DNA of 64,000 bases from Gemmatimonas sp. Its GTDB lineage: Bacteria; Gemmatimonadota; Gemmatimonadetes; Gemmatimonadales; Gemmatimonadaceae. Shown here piece after piece: positions 39,269-49,470 of the stretch. A model generated the notes under the pieces. That model had not been told where the DNA came from, ran no database searches, and was given only the letters and a program-made list of their open reading frames with translations. Position numbers and translations under genes: made by a program. Position 1 is the first letter of the stretch. Each line of letters begins with the position of its first letter. The DNA is taken from assembly GCA_965279375.1 (NCBI GenBank), contig OZ257156.1:3392001-3456000 (forward strand), given 5' to 3'.

Positions 39269-41785
39269 TTGATGCCGCCACGCCAGCAATCCGTCGAGCT
39301 GTTCAAGTTCGGTGGCGCGTCGCTTGCCGACGCTGCCGCCGTGACGCACGCGATCTCCATCATCGCGGCTCCCCGTCGTGCTCGTCTCGTTACGGTCGTG
39401 TCGGCGCTCGCCGGCGTGACCGACCAGTTACTTGCGCTGGCGACGACGGCCCTCACCGGCGATCAGGACGCGGTTGACGCGCGCATCGCCGCAGTACACA
39501 CGCTGCATCGGAAGGTGGCCACCGCGATCGTCACCGGCGTGCGACCGCAGCGCGCGTTGCATCAGGACATCGAGGCCGCCTTCGACGACCTGCGCACATT
39601 GCTGCAGGGCGTCTCGAGCCTGCGCGAACTGACGCCGCGCACGCGCGATTTTATCGTAGCGCGTGGCGAGCAGCTGTCTGCACAGCTTGTGGTGGCGGGG
39701 CTCAAGGCCAAGAAGATTCGCGCCGAGTACGTGGACGCGTCGTCGTTGATTCTCACCGACGGTGCCTTCGGCGGCGCATTCCCCGATCTGGCCAGCACGG
39801 ACCGCGTCGTGCGCGCCACGCTGTTGCCGATGCTGCGCCGCCGGATTCTGCCAGTCGTGCCCGGCTTTGTGGGCGCCGCTCCCGACGGCGCGGTGGTCAC
39901 CCTCGGCCGCGGTGGCAGCGATCTCACGGCGACTGTCATCGGGCGCTCGTTGCGTGCCGAACGGATCACGTTGTGGAAGGACGTGCCGGGGCTGATGACG
40001 ACCGATCCGCGGCTCGTGCCGACGGCGCGCATCATCCCGCAGCTCAACGTGCGCGAAGCGGCAGAGCTGGCGTACTACGGCGCCAAGGTGCTGCAACCGC
40101 GCGCGCTGATCCCGCTTGCAAGACTTCGTATTCCGGTGTTCGTGCGTCCGTTCGCCGAACCCGAGGCGCCGGGCACCGAGATCTCGATGCGTCGCACGCT
40201 GACGCGCTATCCGGTCAAGGCGCTGTCGGTCATCCGCGGGCAGGCACTGGTCACGGTCACTGGCAACGGCATGCTCGGGGTGCCCGGCATTTCGGCGCGC
40301 ACGTTCGCTGCACTGCACGCGGCGCAGATCAACGTGGCGATGATCTCGCAGGCGTCGTCCGAGCATTCCATCTGCCTGTGCGTGCCCGCCGAGCGTGCCA
40401 ACGACGCGCGCGTTGCGCTGGAGACGGCGTTCGCGGTGGAGCTCTCGCGCCGCGAACTGGAAGGCGTGGACGTGCAGCTTGGCATGGCGATGCTGGCCGT
40501 CGTCGGACTTGGTATGGCAGGTTCGCCGGGCATCGCGGCGCGCATGTTCCGCTCGCTCTCTGATGCCGGTGTGAACATCGTCGCGATCGCGCAGGGCTCG
40601 TCGGAGCTCAATATCTCGGTGGTGATTGGTGCCACGGACGCGGAGACCGCGGCGCGCGCCGTGCACGACGAGTTCCAGATGGACAAGATCGGCGGCGGTG
40701 GCATTCGCCAGACCGATCGACTCGATGTGGTGGTGCTCGGCTTTGGTCTGATTGGGCGCGAACTGGTGCGCATGCTGCCGCGCGTGAAGACGCGCGTGCG
40801 TCCCAACATCGTCGCGCTGATCGATCGCAGCGGCTTCCTGTTTGCGCCTGGTGGCATTGCGCCGCGCAAGCTGGCCGCGCTGGCCGACAAGAAGGCGGAA
40901 GGGCGCCCGCTGGCGGAGTTCGAGGGTGGTGTGGCGGCGACCGCCAACGAAGCCATCGCGCACATCGCCAAGCACGCGCTGGTTAGCCCCGTCGTGGCCG
41001 ATCTGACGGCCAACGAAACACTACCGGCGCTGCGCACAGCGCTCACGGCCGGCATGGACGTCGTGCTCGCCAACAAGCGCCCACTGTCCGCGCCGCTCGT
41101 CGAGGTGGAGGCGTTTCAGGCACTGGCGCGCAAGCACGGGCGTCGCATCCTGCACGAGACCACGGTGGGTGCCGGTCTGCCGGTGATGGATTCGTACGCC
41201 AAGCTCGTGGAAACGGGCGACAAGGTGCTGCGCATCGAAGGATGCACGTCGGGCACGCTGGGCTTCCTGCTCACTGATATCGGCCGCGGTCGTCCGTTCA
41301 GCGAAACGTTGCGCAAGGCGATGAGCCTGGGCTTTACCGAGCCCGATCCGCGCGACGACTTGTCGGGAATGGACGTGGCGCGCAAGGCGCTGATTCTCGC
41401 GCGACTGTTGGGCTTCAAGGGTGAGCTGTCGGACGTGACCGTCGAGAGTCTCGTCCCGGTGGCGTATCGCAAGCTGCCGCTCGCGTCGTTCCTCGCGAAG
41501 CTGGAGCAGCAGGACGCGGGCTGGGCGGAGCGTCAGGCGGCGGCGCAGAAGCAGGAGCGCGTGCTGCGCTATGTGCTCAGCGTGACCGCGCGTCGGGTGC
41601 AGGTGGGACTGCGCGCCGTGCCGCTGTCGCATCCGCTGGCCGGACTGCGCGGCACCGACAACCAGATCGTCTTCACCACTCTGCGCTATCGCGAGCATCC
41701 GCTCGTGATCACTGGACCGGGCGCCGGGCCAGCAGTAACAGCGGCCGGTGTGCTCAACGACATTCTGCAACTCGCTCCCAAGTGA
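39269..41785 (+). CDS. thrA: bifunctional aspartate kinase / homoserine dehydrogenase
   Basis: KFGGASL, TLGRGGSD, DPR, two ACT domains, GFGLIG, ANKRP, ETTVGAGLP, EPDPRDDLSG and GPGAG. Confidence 0.95.
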   Translation: MMPPRQQSVELFKFGGASLADAAAVTHAISIIAAPRRARLVTVVSALAGVTDQLLALATTALTGDQDAVDARIAAVHTLHRKVATAIVTGVRPQRALHQDIEAAFDDLRTLLQGVSSLRELTPRTRDFIVARGEQLSAQLVVAGLKAKKIRAEYVDASSLILTDGAFGGAFPDLASTDRVVRATLLPMLRRRILPVVPGFVGAAPDGAVVTLGRGGSDLTATVIGRSLRAERITLWKDVPGLMTTDPRLVPTARIIPQLNVREAAELAYYGAKVLQPRALIPLARLRIPVFVRPFAEPEAPGTEISMRRTLTRYPVKALSVIRGQALVTVTGNGMLGVPGISARTFAALHAAQINVAMISQASSEHSICLCVPAERANDARVALETAFAVELSRRELEGVDVQLGMAMLAVVGLGMAGSPGIAARMFRSLSDAGVNIVAIAQGSSELNISVVIGATDAETAARAVHDEFQMDKIGGGGIRQTDRLDVVVLGFGLIGRELVRMLPRVKTRVRPNIVALIDRSGFLFAPGGIAPRKLAALADKKAEGRPLAEFEGGVAATANEAIAHIAKHALVSPVVADLTANETLPALRTALTAGMDVVLANKRPLSAPLVEVEAFQALARKHGRRILHETTVGAGLPVMDSYAKLVETGDKVLRIEGCTSGTLGFLLTDIGRGRPFSETLRKAMSLGFTEPDPRDDLSGMDVARKALILARLLGFKGELSDVTVESLVPVAYRKLPLASFLAKLEQQDAGWAERQAAAQKQERVLRYVLSVTARRVQVGLRAVPLSHPLAGLRGTDNQIVFTTLRYREHPLVITGPGAGPAVTAAGVLNDILQLAPK

Positions 41786-41795
41786 GCCACAACCA

Positions 41796-42752
41796 GTGAG
41801 CGACGACGCAGCACGCGGAATCATCGCCTTCGCGCCGGGCAGCATCGGCAATCTCGGGCCGGGGCTCGACGTGCTGGGCTGCGCAGTCACGGGTGCCGGC
41901 GACGAAGTACATGCGTGGTGGAGCGAGTCGGGGCGCGGCGTTACGGTCGTTGACGCGGGGCATCCCGATATCCCCACCGATCCCCAAAAGAACGCCTGCG
42001 CCATCGCCGCGCAGGCCGTGCTCGATCGCGCGCCGCATGTCGATCGCGGCGTGATGCTGACGGTGCGCAAAGGCTTGCCGCTGTCGGGCGGGCAGGGCGG
42101 GAGCGGCGCGTCTGCGGTAGCGGCGGCGGTGGCGGTGAACCAGCTCATCGTGCAGGCGGGCGGTGACTCGCTCGATCAGGCCGGACTGCTCGCGACGAGT
42201 CTGGTCGCAGAATCGATCGTCGCCGGTCGACATCTCGATAACCTTGCGGCATCGCTGATGGGTGGCGTGATCTGCATTCGCGGTATCGATCCTCCGGACG
42301 TCACCAACGTTCCGGTGCACACGGCGATCTGGTTCGCGCTCGCGCATCCGTCCATTCACATCCGTACCGCCGATTCACGCGCCGTGCTGCCGCAGTTCTT
42401 TCCGCGTGATACGCTGATCGCGCAGATGGCGAGTGTGACGTCCCTGGTGACCGGCTTGGCCATCGGCGATCTGTCGCTCATCGGCCGCGCGCTGGTGGAT
42501 CATGTCGCCGAGCCGGCGCGCGCCGCGCTGATTCCGGGCTTCGTGGAGGCCAAGCAAGCTGCGCTCGAAGCAGGCGCGCTTGGCGCGTCGCTCTCAGGCA
42601 GCGGGCCCACGACCTTCGCGGCGTGTGCGACCGAGTCCGACGCCAACGCGGCCGCCGAAGCGATGCGCTGGGCCTACGAAGCCGCCGGACACGCCTGCAA
42701 CGCGCGCGTGGCCACGATCGATTTCCAGGGAGCACGTTGGTGGAACGTGTGA
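41796..42752 (+). CDS. thrB: homoserine kinase
   Basis: PGSIGNLGPGLDVLG, KGLPLSGGQGGSGAS, HLDN and SGSGPT; lies between thrA and thrC. Confidence 0.93.
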   Translation: MSDDAARGIIAFAPGSIGNLGPGLDVLGCAVTGAGDEVHAWWSESGRGVTVVDAGHPDIPTDPQKNACAIAAQAVLDRAPHVDRGVMLTVRKGLPLSGGQGGSGASAVAAAVAVNQLIVQAGGDSLDQAGLLATSLVAESIVAGRHLDNLAASLMGGVICIRGIDPPDVTNVPVHTAIWFALAHPSIHIRTADSRAVLPQFFPRDTLIAQMASVTSLVTGLAIGDLSLIGRALVDHVAEPARAALIPGFVEAKQAALEAGALGASLSGSGPTTFAACATESDANAAAEAMRWAYEAAGHACNARVATIDFQGARWWNV

Positions 42753-42780
42753 GACGGACAGTGAGACGGACGGTGAGAGG
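42749..42780 (+). repeat. short tandem 12-mer repeat in the thrB-thrC spacer
   Basis: GTGAGACGGACA, GTGAGACGGACG, GTGAGAGG. Confidence 0.6.
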
Positions 42781-42783
42781 GCT

Positions 42784-44130
42784 ATGAGCGAACAGGTAGC
42801 AGCGCAGTCAGAACTCTTTCTCACCGCCGGCGCCGCCAGTGTGCAGCGTTGCGCGGGATGTGGACACGTGCTCGGCGAGCTGGATGCGGCGCCCGCGTGT
42901 CCGTCGTGTGGCGATCTGCTGGAGATCGTGCATGGCCGGCCCGCTGACGCCAATGGGCACGCACTCAGCGGCGATGCGCTTCGCATGCAGTTTGCCAGCA
43001 ACTGCTGCGCGCGACCGCTGGGGCATCCGTCAGGCGTGTGGCGCTTTGGATCGATCGTCATGCCCGCCGCCGGTGACGCCATCACCAGTCACCCCGAAGG
43101 CAACACGCCGTTGCTCGCGCGCGCCGCGCTGTCGCGCTACGCCGGCGTGGACGGTCTGCTGATCAAGCACGAAGGGCACAATCCGACAGGCTCCTTCAAG
43201 GACCGCGGGATGACAGTGGGCGTGACGCAGGCAGTGCGTATCGGCGCGAGTGCGGTGGCCTGTGCGTCGACAGGCAACACGTCTGCCGCGTTGGCGTCGT
43301 ATGCGGCGCAGGCGGGCATTCCCGGCTTGGTTTTCGTGCCCGCTGGGAAGATTGCGCTGGGCAAGTTGGCGCAAACGCTTGCCTACGGCGCGCGCACGCT
43401 GCTCGTGCGCGGCGACTTCGATGCCTGTTTGCGACTGGTGCAGGAGTCGTCGCGCGAGTTGGGGATCTATCTCCTCAACTCGATCAATCCGTGGCGCGTG
43501 GAAGGGCAGAAGACGATCGTGCTGGAAATGCTCCAGCAGCTCGGCTGGCAGGCACCGGATTTCATCGTGTTGCCGGCGGGTAACCTCGGCAACACCGCCG
43601 CCTTCGGCAAAGCGCTGCGTGAAGCGCACGCCCTGGGGTTGATCGATCGACTGCCGCGCGTGGTGTCGGTGCAGGCCGCCGGCGCCGCGCCGTTCGCTCG
43701 CAGCTATCGCGAAGGTTTTGCCACGCGTTATACGGTCGCCGCCGAAACCGTCGCGACCGCCATTCGCATCGGTGATCCGGCCTCGTGGGATCGCGGTGTG
43801 CGCACGATACGCGAAACCAACGGCATCGTGTTGTCGTGCACGGATGACGAGATCATCGACGCCAAGGTCGCGATCGACGCCGCGGGTGTGGGCTGTGAGG
43901 CGGCCAGTGCGGCCAGCATCGCAGGCGTTCGCAAACTCGTAGCCGAAGGCGTGATCAAGTCGAGCGATCGCGTGGTCGCGGTGCTGACGGGGCACGTCCT
44001 CAAGGACCCAGGCATGCTCGTGGAACTGCATCAGGAGCGCACCGACTTCGCGCAGTCGAATCGCCCGATCGAGATCGACGCGGAGGTCGGCGCGGTGGCG
44101 CGCGTCCTCACGTCGATGGCGCGAACATGA
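42784..44130 (+). CDS. thrC: threonine synthase
   Basis: N-terminal CxxC..CxxC; EGNTPL, NPTGSFKDRG (PLP lysine), ASTGNTS, NSINP..EGQKT and TGHVLKD. Confidence 0.95.
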   Translation: MSEQVAAQSELFLTAGAASVQRCAGCGHVLGELDAAPACPSCGDLLEIVHGRPADANGHALSGDALRMQFASNCCARPLGHPSGVWRFGSIVMPAAGDAITSHPEGNTPLLARAALSRYAGVDGLLIKHEGHNPTGSFKDRGMTVGVTQAVRIGASAVACASTGNTSAALASYAAQAGIPGLVFVPAGKIALGKLAQTLAYGARTLLVRGDFDACLRLVQESSRELGIYLLNSINPWRVEGQKTIVLEMLQQLGWQAPDFIVLPAGNLGNTAAFGKALREAHALGLIDRLPRVVSVQAAGAAPFARSYREGFATRYTVAAETVATAIRIGDPASWDRGVRTIRETNGIVLSCTDDEIIDAKVAIDAAGVGCEAASAASIAGVRKLVAEGVIKSSDRVVAVLTGHVLKDPGMLVELHQERTDFAQSNRPIEIDAEVGAVARVLTSMART

Positions 44131-44861
44131 CCGGTTCCGCTCGCCGTACACTCATCACCGGCGCGTCGCGTCCGCTCGGCGTGGAGCTGGTGCGCTACTG
44201 CCTGATGCGCGGCGACAAGGTGTTCGCCGCTGCCCGCAATCCGGCGCGTGTTCCGATTCTGGCCGATCTGCGCGCGGAGTACGGCGGATTGGAGCTGCTG
44301 GCGTTCGATCCGGCGGATGCCGCGTCGGTGGCGGAAGCGATGCCGGTGCTCGAGAGTCTCACGGAGTCGCTCGACCAGCTCATCGTGGCACCGGCGGAGC
44401 CGGGACCGCACGATCGCCTGGTGGACGCCACCCGCGATGAAGCGCTGAGCACGATGTCCGGCACCGGTCTCACCGAGGCGTATCGGCGCCATGCGGTGGC
44501 GCCGGTGTTGTTGGTGCGCACGCTGCTGCCTTGGCTGCTGCGCGGCGATCGGGCGCGCATTCTGATGGTCAGCACGTGGTTAGGCTCGCTGACCGGAAAA
44601 ACGCAGGGCGGGGACTACGCCCGCTGCGGCAGCGCGGCCGCGTTGCACATGATGACGCGCGCATTGGCGCACGATCTGGCGGAGCAGGGGATCGTCGTGT
44701 GCATCGGCAACCCGGGTAACTTTGCCACCACGCCCGACGGTCCGGCGTTCCTCGTGCCCATAGGCGATGCCGCGCAGGGACTGCTGAGCGTGACGGAGCG
44801 CCTACCGAAGGAAAAGTCGGGCGGCTTCTTCGACTGGACCGGCACCGAGCGGCCCTGGTAG
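44127..44861 (+). CDS. CsgA-like short-chain dehydrogenase/reductase with degenerate motifs
   Basis: LITGASRPLG, VSTWLGSL, AALHMMTRALAHDL and SGGFFDWTG..PW. Confidence 0.8.
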   Translation: MTGSARRTLITGASRPLGVELVRYCLMRGDKVFAAARNPARVPILADLRAEYGGLELLAFDPADAASVAEAMPVLESLTESLDQLIVAPAEPGPHDRLVDATRDEALSTMSGTGLTEAYRRHAVAPVLLVRTLLPWLLRGDRARILMVSTWLGSLTGKTQGGDYARCGSAAALHMMTRALAHDLAEQGIVVCIGNPGNFATTPDGPAFLVPIGDAAQGLLSVTERLPKEKSGGFFDWTGTERPW

Positions 44862-44865
44862 GCCA

Positions 44866-44896
44866 ACGGGGCGCTCGCGATCAGCGAGCGCCCCGT
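44866..44896. terminator. intrinsic terminator hairpin after the thr operon
   Basis: ACGGGGCGCTCGC-GATCA-GCGAGCGCCCCGT followed by GTTTGTCTT. Confidence 0.8.
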
Positions 44897-44936
44897 GTTT
44901 GTCTTCGATCAACCATCTCGAGCCAACGGTCGCGAC

Positions 44937-45629
44937 TCAGCCGCGATCGCGGCGCTTCTCGCGCTGTTCCTCCGCCTTCTTGCGCTCGTTCTCGAGAAAC
45001 ACGTTGTAAAGCGAGTCGGCGGTGCGGCGCTGGCCGTCGTCCAGCTGAGTGCGCGCGCGGTCGCGAAAGCTGTCCTGGATATCCGAGAGCCGCGTCGCCA
45101 GCACGCGGGCCGTGTCTGGCATGCCGGCAGCCATGCCGCGCCCGCCTCCGTCCGGACCTTCTCCGCCGGGAGGCATCCCGCCGCCGCGTTGGCCGCCACC
45201 CATGCCGCCTCCCATCCCGCCGCCGCGTGCCCCTCCGCGTGCACCGCTCTCCATCAGCTCGGCGAAGACCTTGTCCATCTCCTTGAACAGCGGCGACTGC
45301 ATGCGCTGCATTTCCTTGTGCAACGACTTGAGCGAGTCCTTCTGCGCATCACGCAGCGCAAGCTCCTTCTTCTTGTCGAGGAGAAAGGAGATCGGGTCAT
45401 TCCGCTCGAGGTTCTCCTTGATCATCGCCGTGGGCGACCGTCGCGGGCCGCCCATGCCGCCGCCGCCGCGACCTCCCGGGCGTCCGCCCCCCATTCCGCC
45501 ACCCATCCCTCCTCCCATTCCACCGCCCATGCCGCCTTGGGCGAGGAGCGGGGTAGCAGCAACCGAGGTTAACGTCAGACCTGCGAGAACGGCGGCAGCG
45601 AACAGACGGCGCGTAACTGAGGGGCGCAT
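44937..45629 (-). CDS. secreted Gly/Met-rich helical protein
   Basis: Signal peptide; GGGM repeats flanking charged helices. Confidence 0.75.
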   Translation of the reverse strand: MRPSVTRRLFAAAVLAGLTLTSVAATPLLAQGGMGGGMGGGMGGGMGGGRPGGRGGGGMGGPRRSPTAMIKENLERNDPISFLLDKKKELALRDAQKDSLKSLHKEMQRMQSPLFKEMDKVFAELMESGARGGARGGGMGGGMGGGQRGGGMPPGGEGPDGGGRGMAAGMPDTARVLATRLSDIQDSFRDRARTQLDDGQRRTADSLYNVFLENERKKAEEQREKRRDRG

Positions 45630-45644
45630 GAACGGGTTTCCGAG

Positions 45645-47063
45645 ATGAGACGAGGGCAGCGCGCGGGAATGCTGGGATGGACACTGCTATTGAGCAGCGC
45701 AGGAGCGTCAAGCTGTGCCAAAAACACGGCACCCGCAGCCAACCCTACACCGGCTGTCCCAGCGTCTGGGCCAGGGCAGGGGGCGGCGGGTGCGCGCCTC
45801 TTCAATCTGGCAGTCGTGCCGGTTCAGGTCACGTACGTACTGCGCTCCATGCGGCCGTCGCTCGATTCGCTCTTCCCGGCGCGGGACTCGCTCAATCAGG
45901 CCGAGTGCACCGTGGCGGGCGGTCTGGTCTGTCACCAGTACGTGTACCGCCGAGATTCACTCACGCTGCGGTCCACCAATGACCAGCTGTTCATCGACAC
46001 CAAGCTGGGGTTCCGCGCGCAACTGGGGGTGATTGGCGGCGCGCGCGTGGCCAGCTGTGGCTACGCACCCGAAGCCATGCGGCGCGCCACCCTCTCGGTG
46101 AGCACATCGCTCTTCTGGCGCCGCGACTGGCGCATTGGTGTGCGTGGCAGCGCCGCCTCCGCCACCATCGTCGATCCCTGCCGTGTGACCGTGTTGGGCG
46201 TCAATGCCACGCCGTCGCTCAGCAAGCTGCTCAACAAGCAGCTCGCCGACTTTGTGGTGCTGGCTGACACGGCCATCCCGCGCATTGCCGACATGCGTCC
46301 GTTGGCCGATTCGCTCTGGAACAGCTTTCTCGAGCCGACGGCGCTCGATTCCACCAATACGCTCTGGCTCATGCTCGAACCGGAAGCGGTGCGCGTGACG
46401 CCCTTCTCCGGGAATGGCCCGAGCATTCGCACGGCCATCGTGCTCTACGCGCGACCGCACGTGGTGGCGGGGGAAAAGCCGCGCACGTCACGACGGCCGC
46501 TCCCCGCGCTCGCCTTGGGCGATGCGCCGGACGGCTTTGACGTGCCGGTGACGATCGAGCTTCCGTTCGTGGAAGTGGAGCGACGTACGCGCGAGTTACT
46601 CGCGGCCGAAACGGCCACGGGGAGCGTGCGCGTGGACAGCGTGCACGTGCGCGGGCTGGGCGACAGTCTCGCGGTAGACCTGCAAGTGTCCGGTAGCATG
46701 CGTGGCGTCCTGTCGCTCGCGACGCGCGTGCGTTGGGATCCCGCCACGCGCGAACTGCGTCTCGACGATCTCGAGTGGAACCTCGCCAGTCGCGGCGCGC
46801 TATCGCGCGTGAAGGCGACGTTGGGCGCGCCACTCATCGGGCGCGCGGTACGTCGTGCAACGATGGGCGGTCGCGTGCCGGTGGGCGCGCAGCTCGATTC
46901 CATTCGTGCCGAGATGCTGCGGCTGCTCAATGGCCCCATGGGGCCCGGCATCGCACTCGGCAGCAGCATGCAGCCCGTGCAGATTCTCAGCGTCACCGCG
47001 ACGGCCACGGCATTGGTCGTTCGCGCCAAACTCACCGGCAAGGCCGGTGTGTGGATCCAGTGA
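45645..47063 (+). CDS. DUF4403-like protein (probable lipoprotein)
   Basis: YVYRRDSL, ASCG, DPCRVTVLG and WLMLEPE pattern typical of DUF4403. Confidence 0.7.
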   Translation: MRRGQRAGMLGWTLLLSSAGASSCAKNTAPAANPTPAVPASGPGQGAAGARLFNLAVVPVQVTYVLRSMRPSLDSLFPARDSLNQAECTVAGGLVCHQYVYRRDSLTLRSTNDQLFIDTKLGFRAQLGVIGGARVASCGYAPEAMRRATLSVSTSLFWRRDWRIGVRGSAASATIVDPCRVTVLGVNATPSLSKLLNKQLADFVVLADTAIPRIADMRPLADSLWNSFLEPTALDSTNTLWLMLEPEAVRVTPFSGNGPSIRTAIVLYARPHVVAGEKPRTSRRPLPALALGDAPDGFDVPVTIELPFVEVERRTRELLAAETATGSVRVDSVHVRGLGDSLAVDLQVSGSMRGVLSLATRVRWDPATRELRLDDLEWNLASRGALSRVKATLGAPLIGRAVRRATMGGRVPVGAQLDSIRAEMLRLLNGPMGPGIALGSSMQPVQILSVTATATALVVRAKLTGKAGVWIQ

Positions 47064-48076
47064 CTCACACCACGACCAGACTCTCTTCGATGCGTTCGAC
47101 ACGGCACCGCTGCTTCTCGCTGTTCACCATCTCGTCGCGCTTTCTCGGCGCGGTTGTGCTCCTCGGCGCCGCCAGCGCGCTGGGCGCCACGCCCGTTCGC
47201 GCGCAAACCGCTTTTTCGGTGCCCGCCGACAGCGTCACCCGTCGTCTGATGCAACGTCTCTCGGCGCTCTCCGCCGATTCGATGGAAGGACGGCGCGCGG
47301 GGAGCGAAGGGTCGCGCCGCGCTCGGCGTTTTATCATCAGCGAACTCACGGCGGCCGGAGCCCGGCCGGTCGGTGCCAGCTTCGAACACCCTGTGCGACT
47401 CGGTGCACGCAGCCGTCCCGACACACTCGGCGCGAACATCGTCGCCCGCATTCCCGGATCGGCGGCCGGCGGCGGCACGATCGTGGTGAGTGCGCACTAC
47501 GACCATCTCGGATCGCGCAACGGAGAAATCTTCAACGGCGCTGACGACGACGCGTCGGGATGCGTGGCAGTGCTCGCACTCGCGGATCGCCTGCGAGAAG
47601 CGCCTATCAAGCACGACGTACTCCTTGTCTTTTTCGATGGCGAGGAAGTCGGGATGCCTGGCTCGCGCAGCTTCGTCGCCACGCCGCCGATTCCACTGAG
47701 CGAGATTGCGGTGGATCTGAGCCTCGACATGATCAGCCGACAGGATGGACGCGCGCTCTGGGTGAGCGGCACGTCGCACTACCCATCGCTCAAGCCGGTG
47801 GCCGATCGCGCGGCCGTGGGCGCGACCATTCCCATCAAGTTCGGGCACGACACGAAGGCGCTGCCGCCGGGTGATGACTGGACCGGCTCATCGGATCACG
47901 CCGCCTTTCACAGCAAGGGCATTCCGTTTCTCTACCTTGGCGTAGAAGACCATCCGGACTACCACAAACCCGGCGACGACGCCGACAAGGTGGATCCAAC
48001 GTTCTACCGCGGCGCAGTCAATTTCGCGGAGCGTTTGCTCCGCGCCCTCGATAACTGGGTTACGTCGCGTAGCTGA
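47060..48076 (+). CDS. M28 family metallopeptidase
   Basis: DSMEGR, SAHYDHLG, NGADDDASG, FDGEEVG, LDMISR, SDHAAF and DYHKPGD. Confidence 0.93.
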   Translation: MTHTTTRLSSMRSTRHRCFSLFTISSRFLGAVVLLGAASALGATPVRAQTAFSVPADSVTRRLMQRLSALSADSMEGRRAGSEGSRRARRFIISELTAAGARPVGASFEHPVRLGARSRPDTLGANIVARIPGSAAGGGTIVVSAHYDHLGSRNGEIFNGADDDASGCVAVLALADRLREAPIKHDVLLVFFDGEEVGMPGSRSFVATPPIPLSEIAVDLSLDMISRQDGRALWVSGTSHYPSLKPVADRAAVGATIPIKFGHDTKALPPGDDWTGSSDHAAFHSKGIPFLYLGVEDHPDYHKPGDDADKVDPTFYRGAVNFAERLLRALDNWVTSRS

Positions 48077-49241
48077 CGACGCGGTCCACGCGGGGGCCGA
48101 CCACGCGATTGCGTCCGGCGTTCTTGGCCTGAAAGAGTCGCCGATCAGCTTCCGCGAGCAGCTCCATCGGCGAGTCACCATCGTCGGGCCAGCTGGCCAC
48201 GCCCGCGCTCACGGTCATGTGGAGCGCGATGTCACCGCCCACCTCGAGACGTTCCGCCGCGATCGCGCGGCGGATGTACTCCACGCGCTCGATCGCGTTC
48301 GCGCCTGTGCTCTCGCGCAACACGAGCACGAACTCTTCGCCGCCGTACCGCGCGATCAGGTCACTCTGCCGGATCGCCGTCTCGAGGCAGCGCGCGACCT
48401 GACAGAGTGCGCGATCGCCGGCGGCGTGACCGTATCGATCGTTGAAGCTCTTGAAGTGGTCCACGTCGATCATTGCCACGGAGAGCGACGCACCGTGGCG
48501 GGTGGCGCGCGCGAGTTCGTTGCGTAGGTAGTCGTCGAAGAAGCGTCGGTTGAAGACGCCAGTGAGTGGGTCGGCGTTGGACAGCTTCTTCTGCTTCTGG
48601 ATGCCGTGGACGATGAAGACGTTCAAGGCCGTTGCGCAGCCGAGCAGGATGAGGCGGGAGATCTGGTCGGACCACTGAAAGCGCCCGTACATCGCGATCC
48701 CCGCCGCGCTGTTGAGCGGGAGGGTGCCGACGACAAAGGCGATGGTAGCGACGAACTGCAGCATCGCGACCAGCCCGGCCACGAGCGCGACGCGCTTGTC
48801 GAAGCGCAGACAGGTGCCGGCCAGGGAAAGGAAGTAGACGTCGAACGTGATCTTGCTGTTGACGACCACCTGCGGATCGCTGACGAACGCGAAGATCACC
48901 TGCGCCACCGTCACCACGGTCACGTCGAACAGGCTGGTGGCCAGTGGCAGCCACGGCTGGCGACGGTCGCGCAACACCAGGACATACACGCCGCACGACA
49001 GGGCGAACGCGATCAGCGTGATGAAGAAGCCCGCGAGATGCTGAAACCGCTCGTCCGGCGCGGCCCACAGCATGTTGCCGATCGGCACGGCGAGGAGCGC
49101 GAGCGTGATCCACAGGCGCACACGCGCGATGAGCATTTCGCCTTCTTTCCCCGCGTCGAGCAGGAACTGCTCGGGCGCGTCCCAGAAGCGCATCGGCTTG
49201 CCGTACGCGAGCGACTCGGTGGCGATTGGTGTGTTCGACAT
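48060..49241 (-). CDS. membrane-bound diguanylate cyclase (GGDEF)
   Basis: Several TM helices; DPLTGVFNRR, DVDHFKSFNDRYGH, RQSD I-site and RYGGEEF. Confidence 0.94.
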   Translation of the reverse strand: MSNTPIATESLAYGKPMRFWDAPEQFLLDAGKEGEMLIARVRLWITLALLAVPIGNMLWAAPDERFQHLAGFFITLIAFALSCGVYVLVLRDRRQPWLPLATSLFDVTVVTVAQVIFAFVSDPQVVVNSKITFDVYFLSLAGTCLRFDKRVALVAGLVAMLQFVATIAFVVGTLPLNSAAGIAMYGRFQWSDQISRLILLGCATALNVFIVHGIQKQKKLSNADPLTGVFNRRFFDDYLRNELARATRHGASLSVAMIDVDHFKSFNDRYGHAAGDRALCQVARCLETAIRQSDLIARYGGEEFVLVLRESTGANAIERVEYIRRAIAAERLEVGGDIALHMTVSAGVASWPDDGDSPMELLAEADRRLFQAKNAGRNRVVGPRVDRVVSYAT

Positions 49242-49441
49242 GCGCGAGGGTGAAGATTGCCGGCGGAGCCGCGTGCGTCCTGTCTGCAAGCCACCGAGGA
49301 CGCATCGCGCCGGCAAACAGTAGCGCCGCCAGTCATCTCGCGACAGCAGCCGCGTGGTGCGTCGCGCGAGGCGCTACGCGACCTGATCTCAAACGCCAGT
49401 CGACTACATCGTCACGCTGTGATATGGAGCACGAAAAAAGT

Positions 49442-49470
49442 TTGACAGTGCGGGACGGATCACATAGGGT
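49442..49470 (+). promoter_or_regulatory. sigma70 promoter of the subtilase gene
   Basis: TTGACA, 17 bp, TAGGGT, with an A-tract upstream. Confidence 0.6.

Noticed and set aside
37594..39477. 627 aa plus-strand ORF, and similar long antisense ORFs (33607-35199, 39428-40975, 49580-51097, 51953-53524)
   Set aside because: Shadow frames opposite well-supported genes; long stop-free antisense frames are expected in GC-rich DNA with strong codon bias
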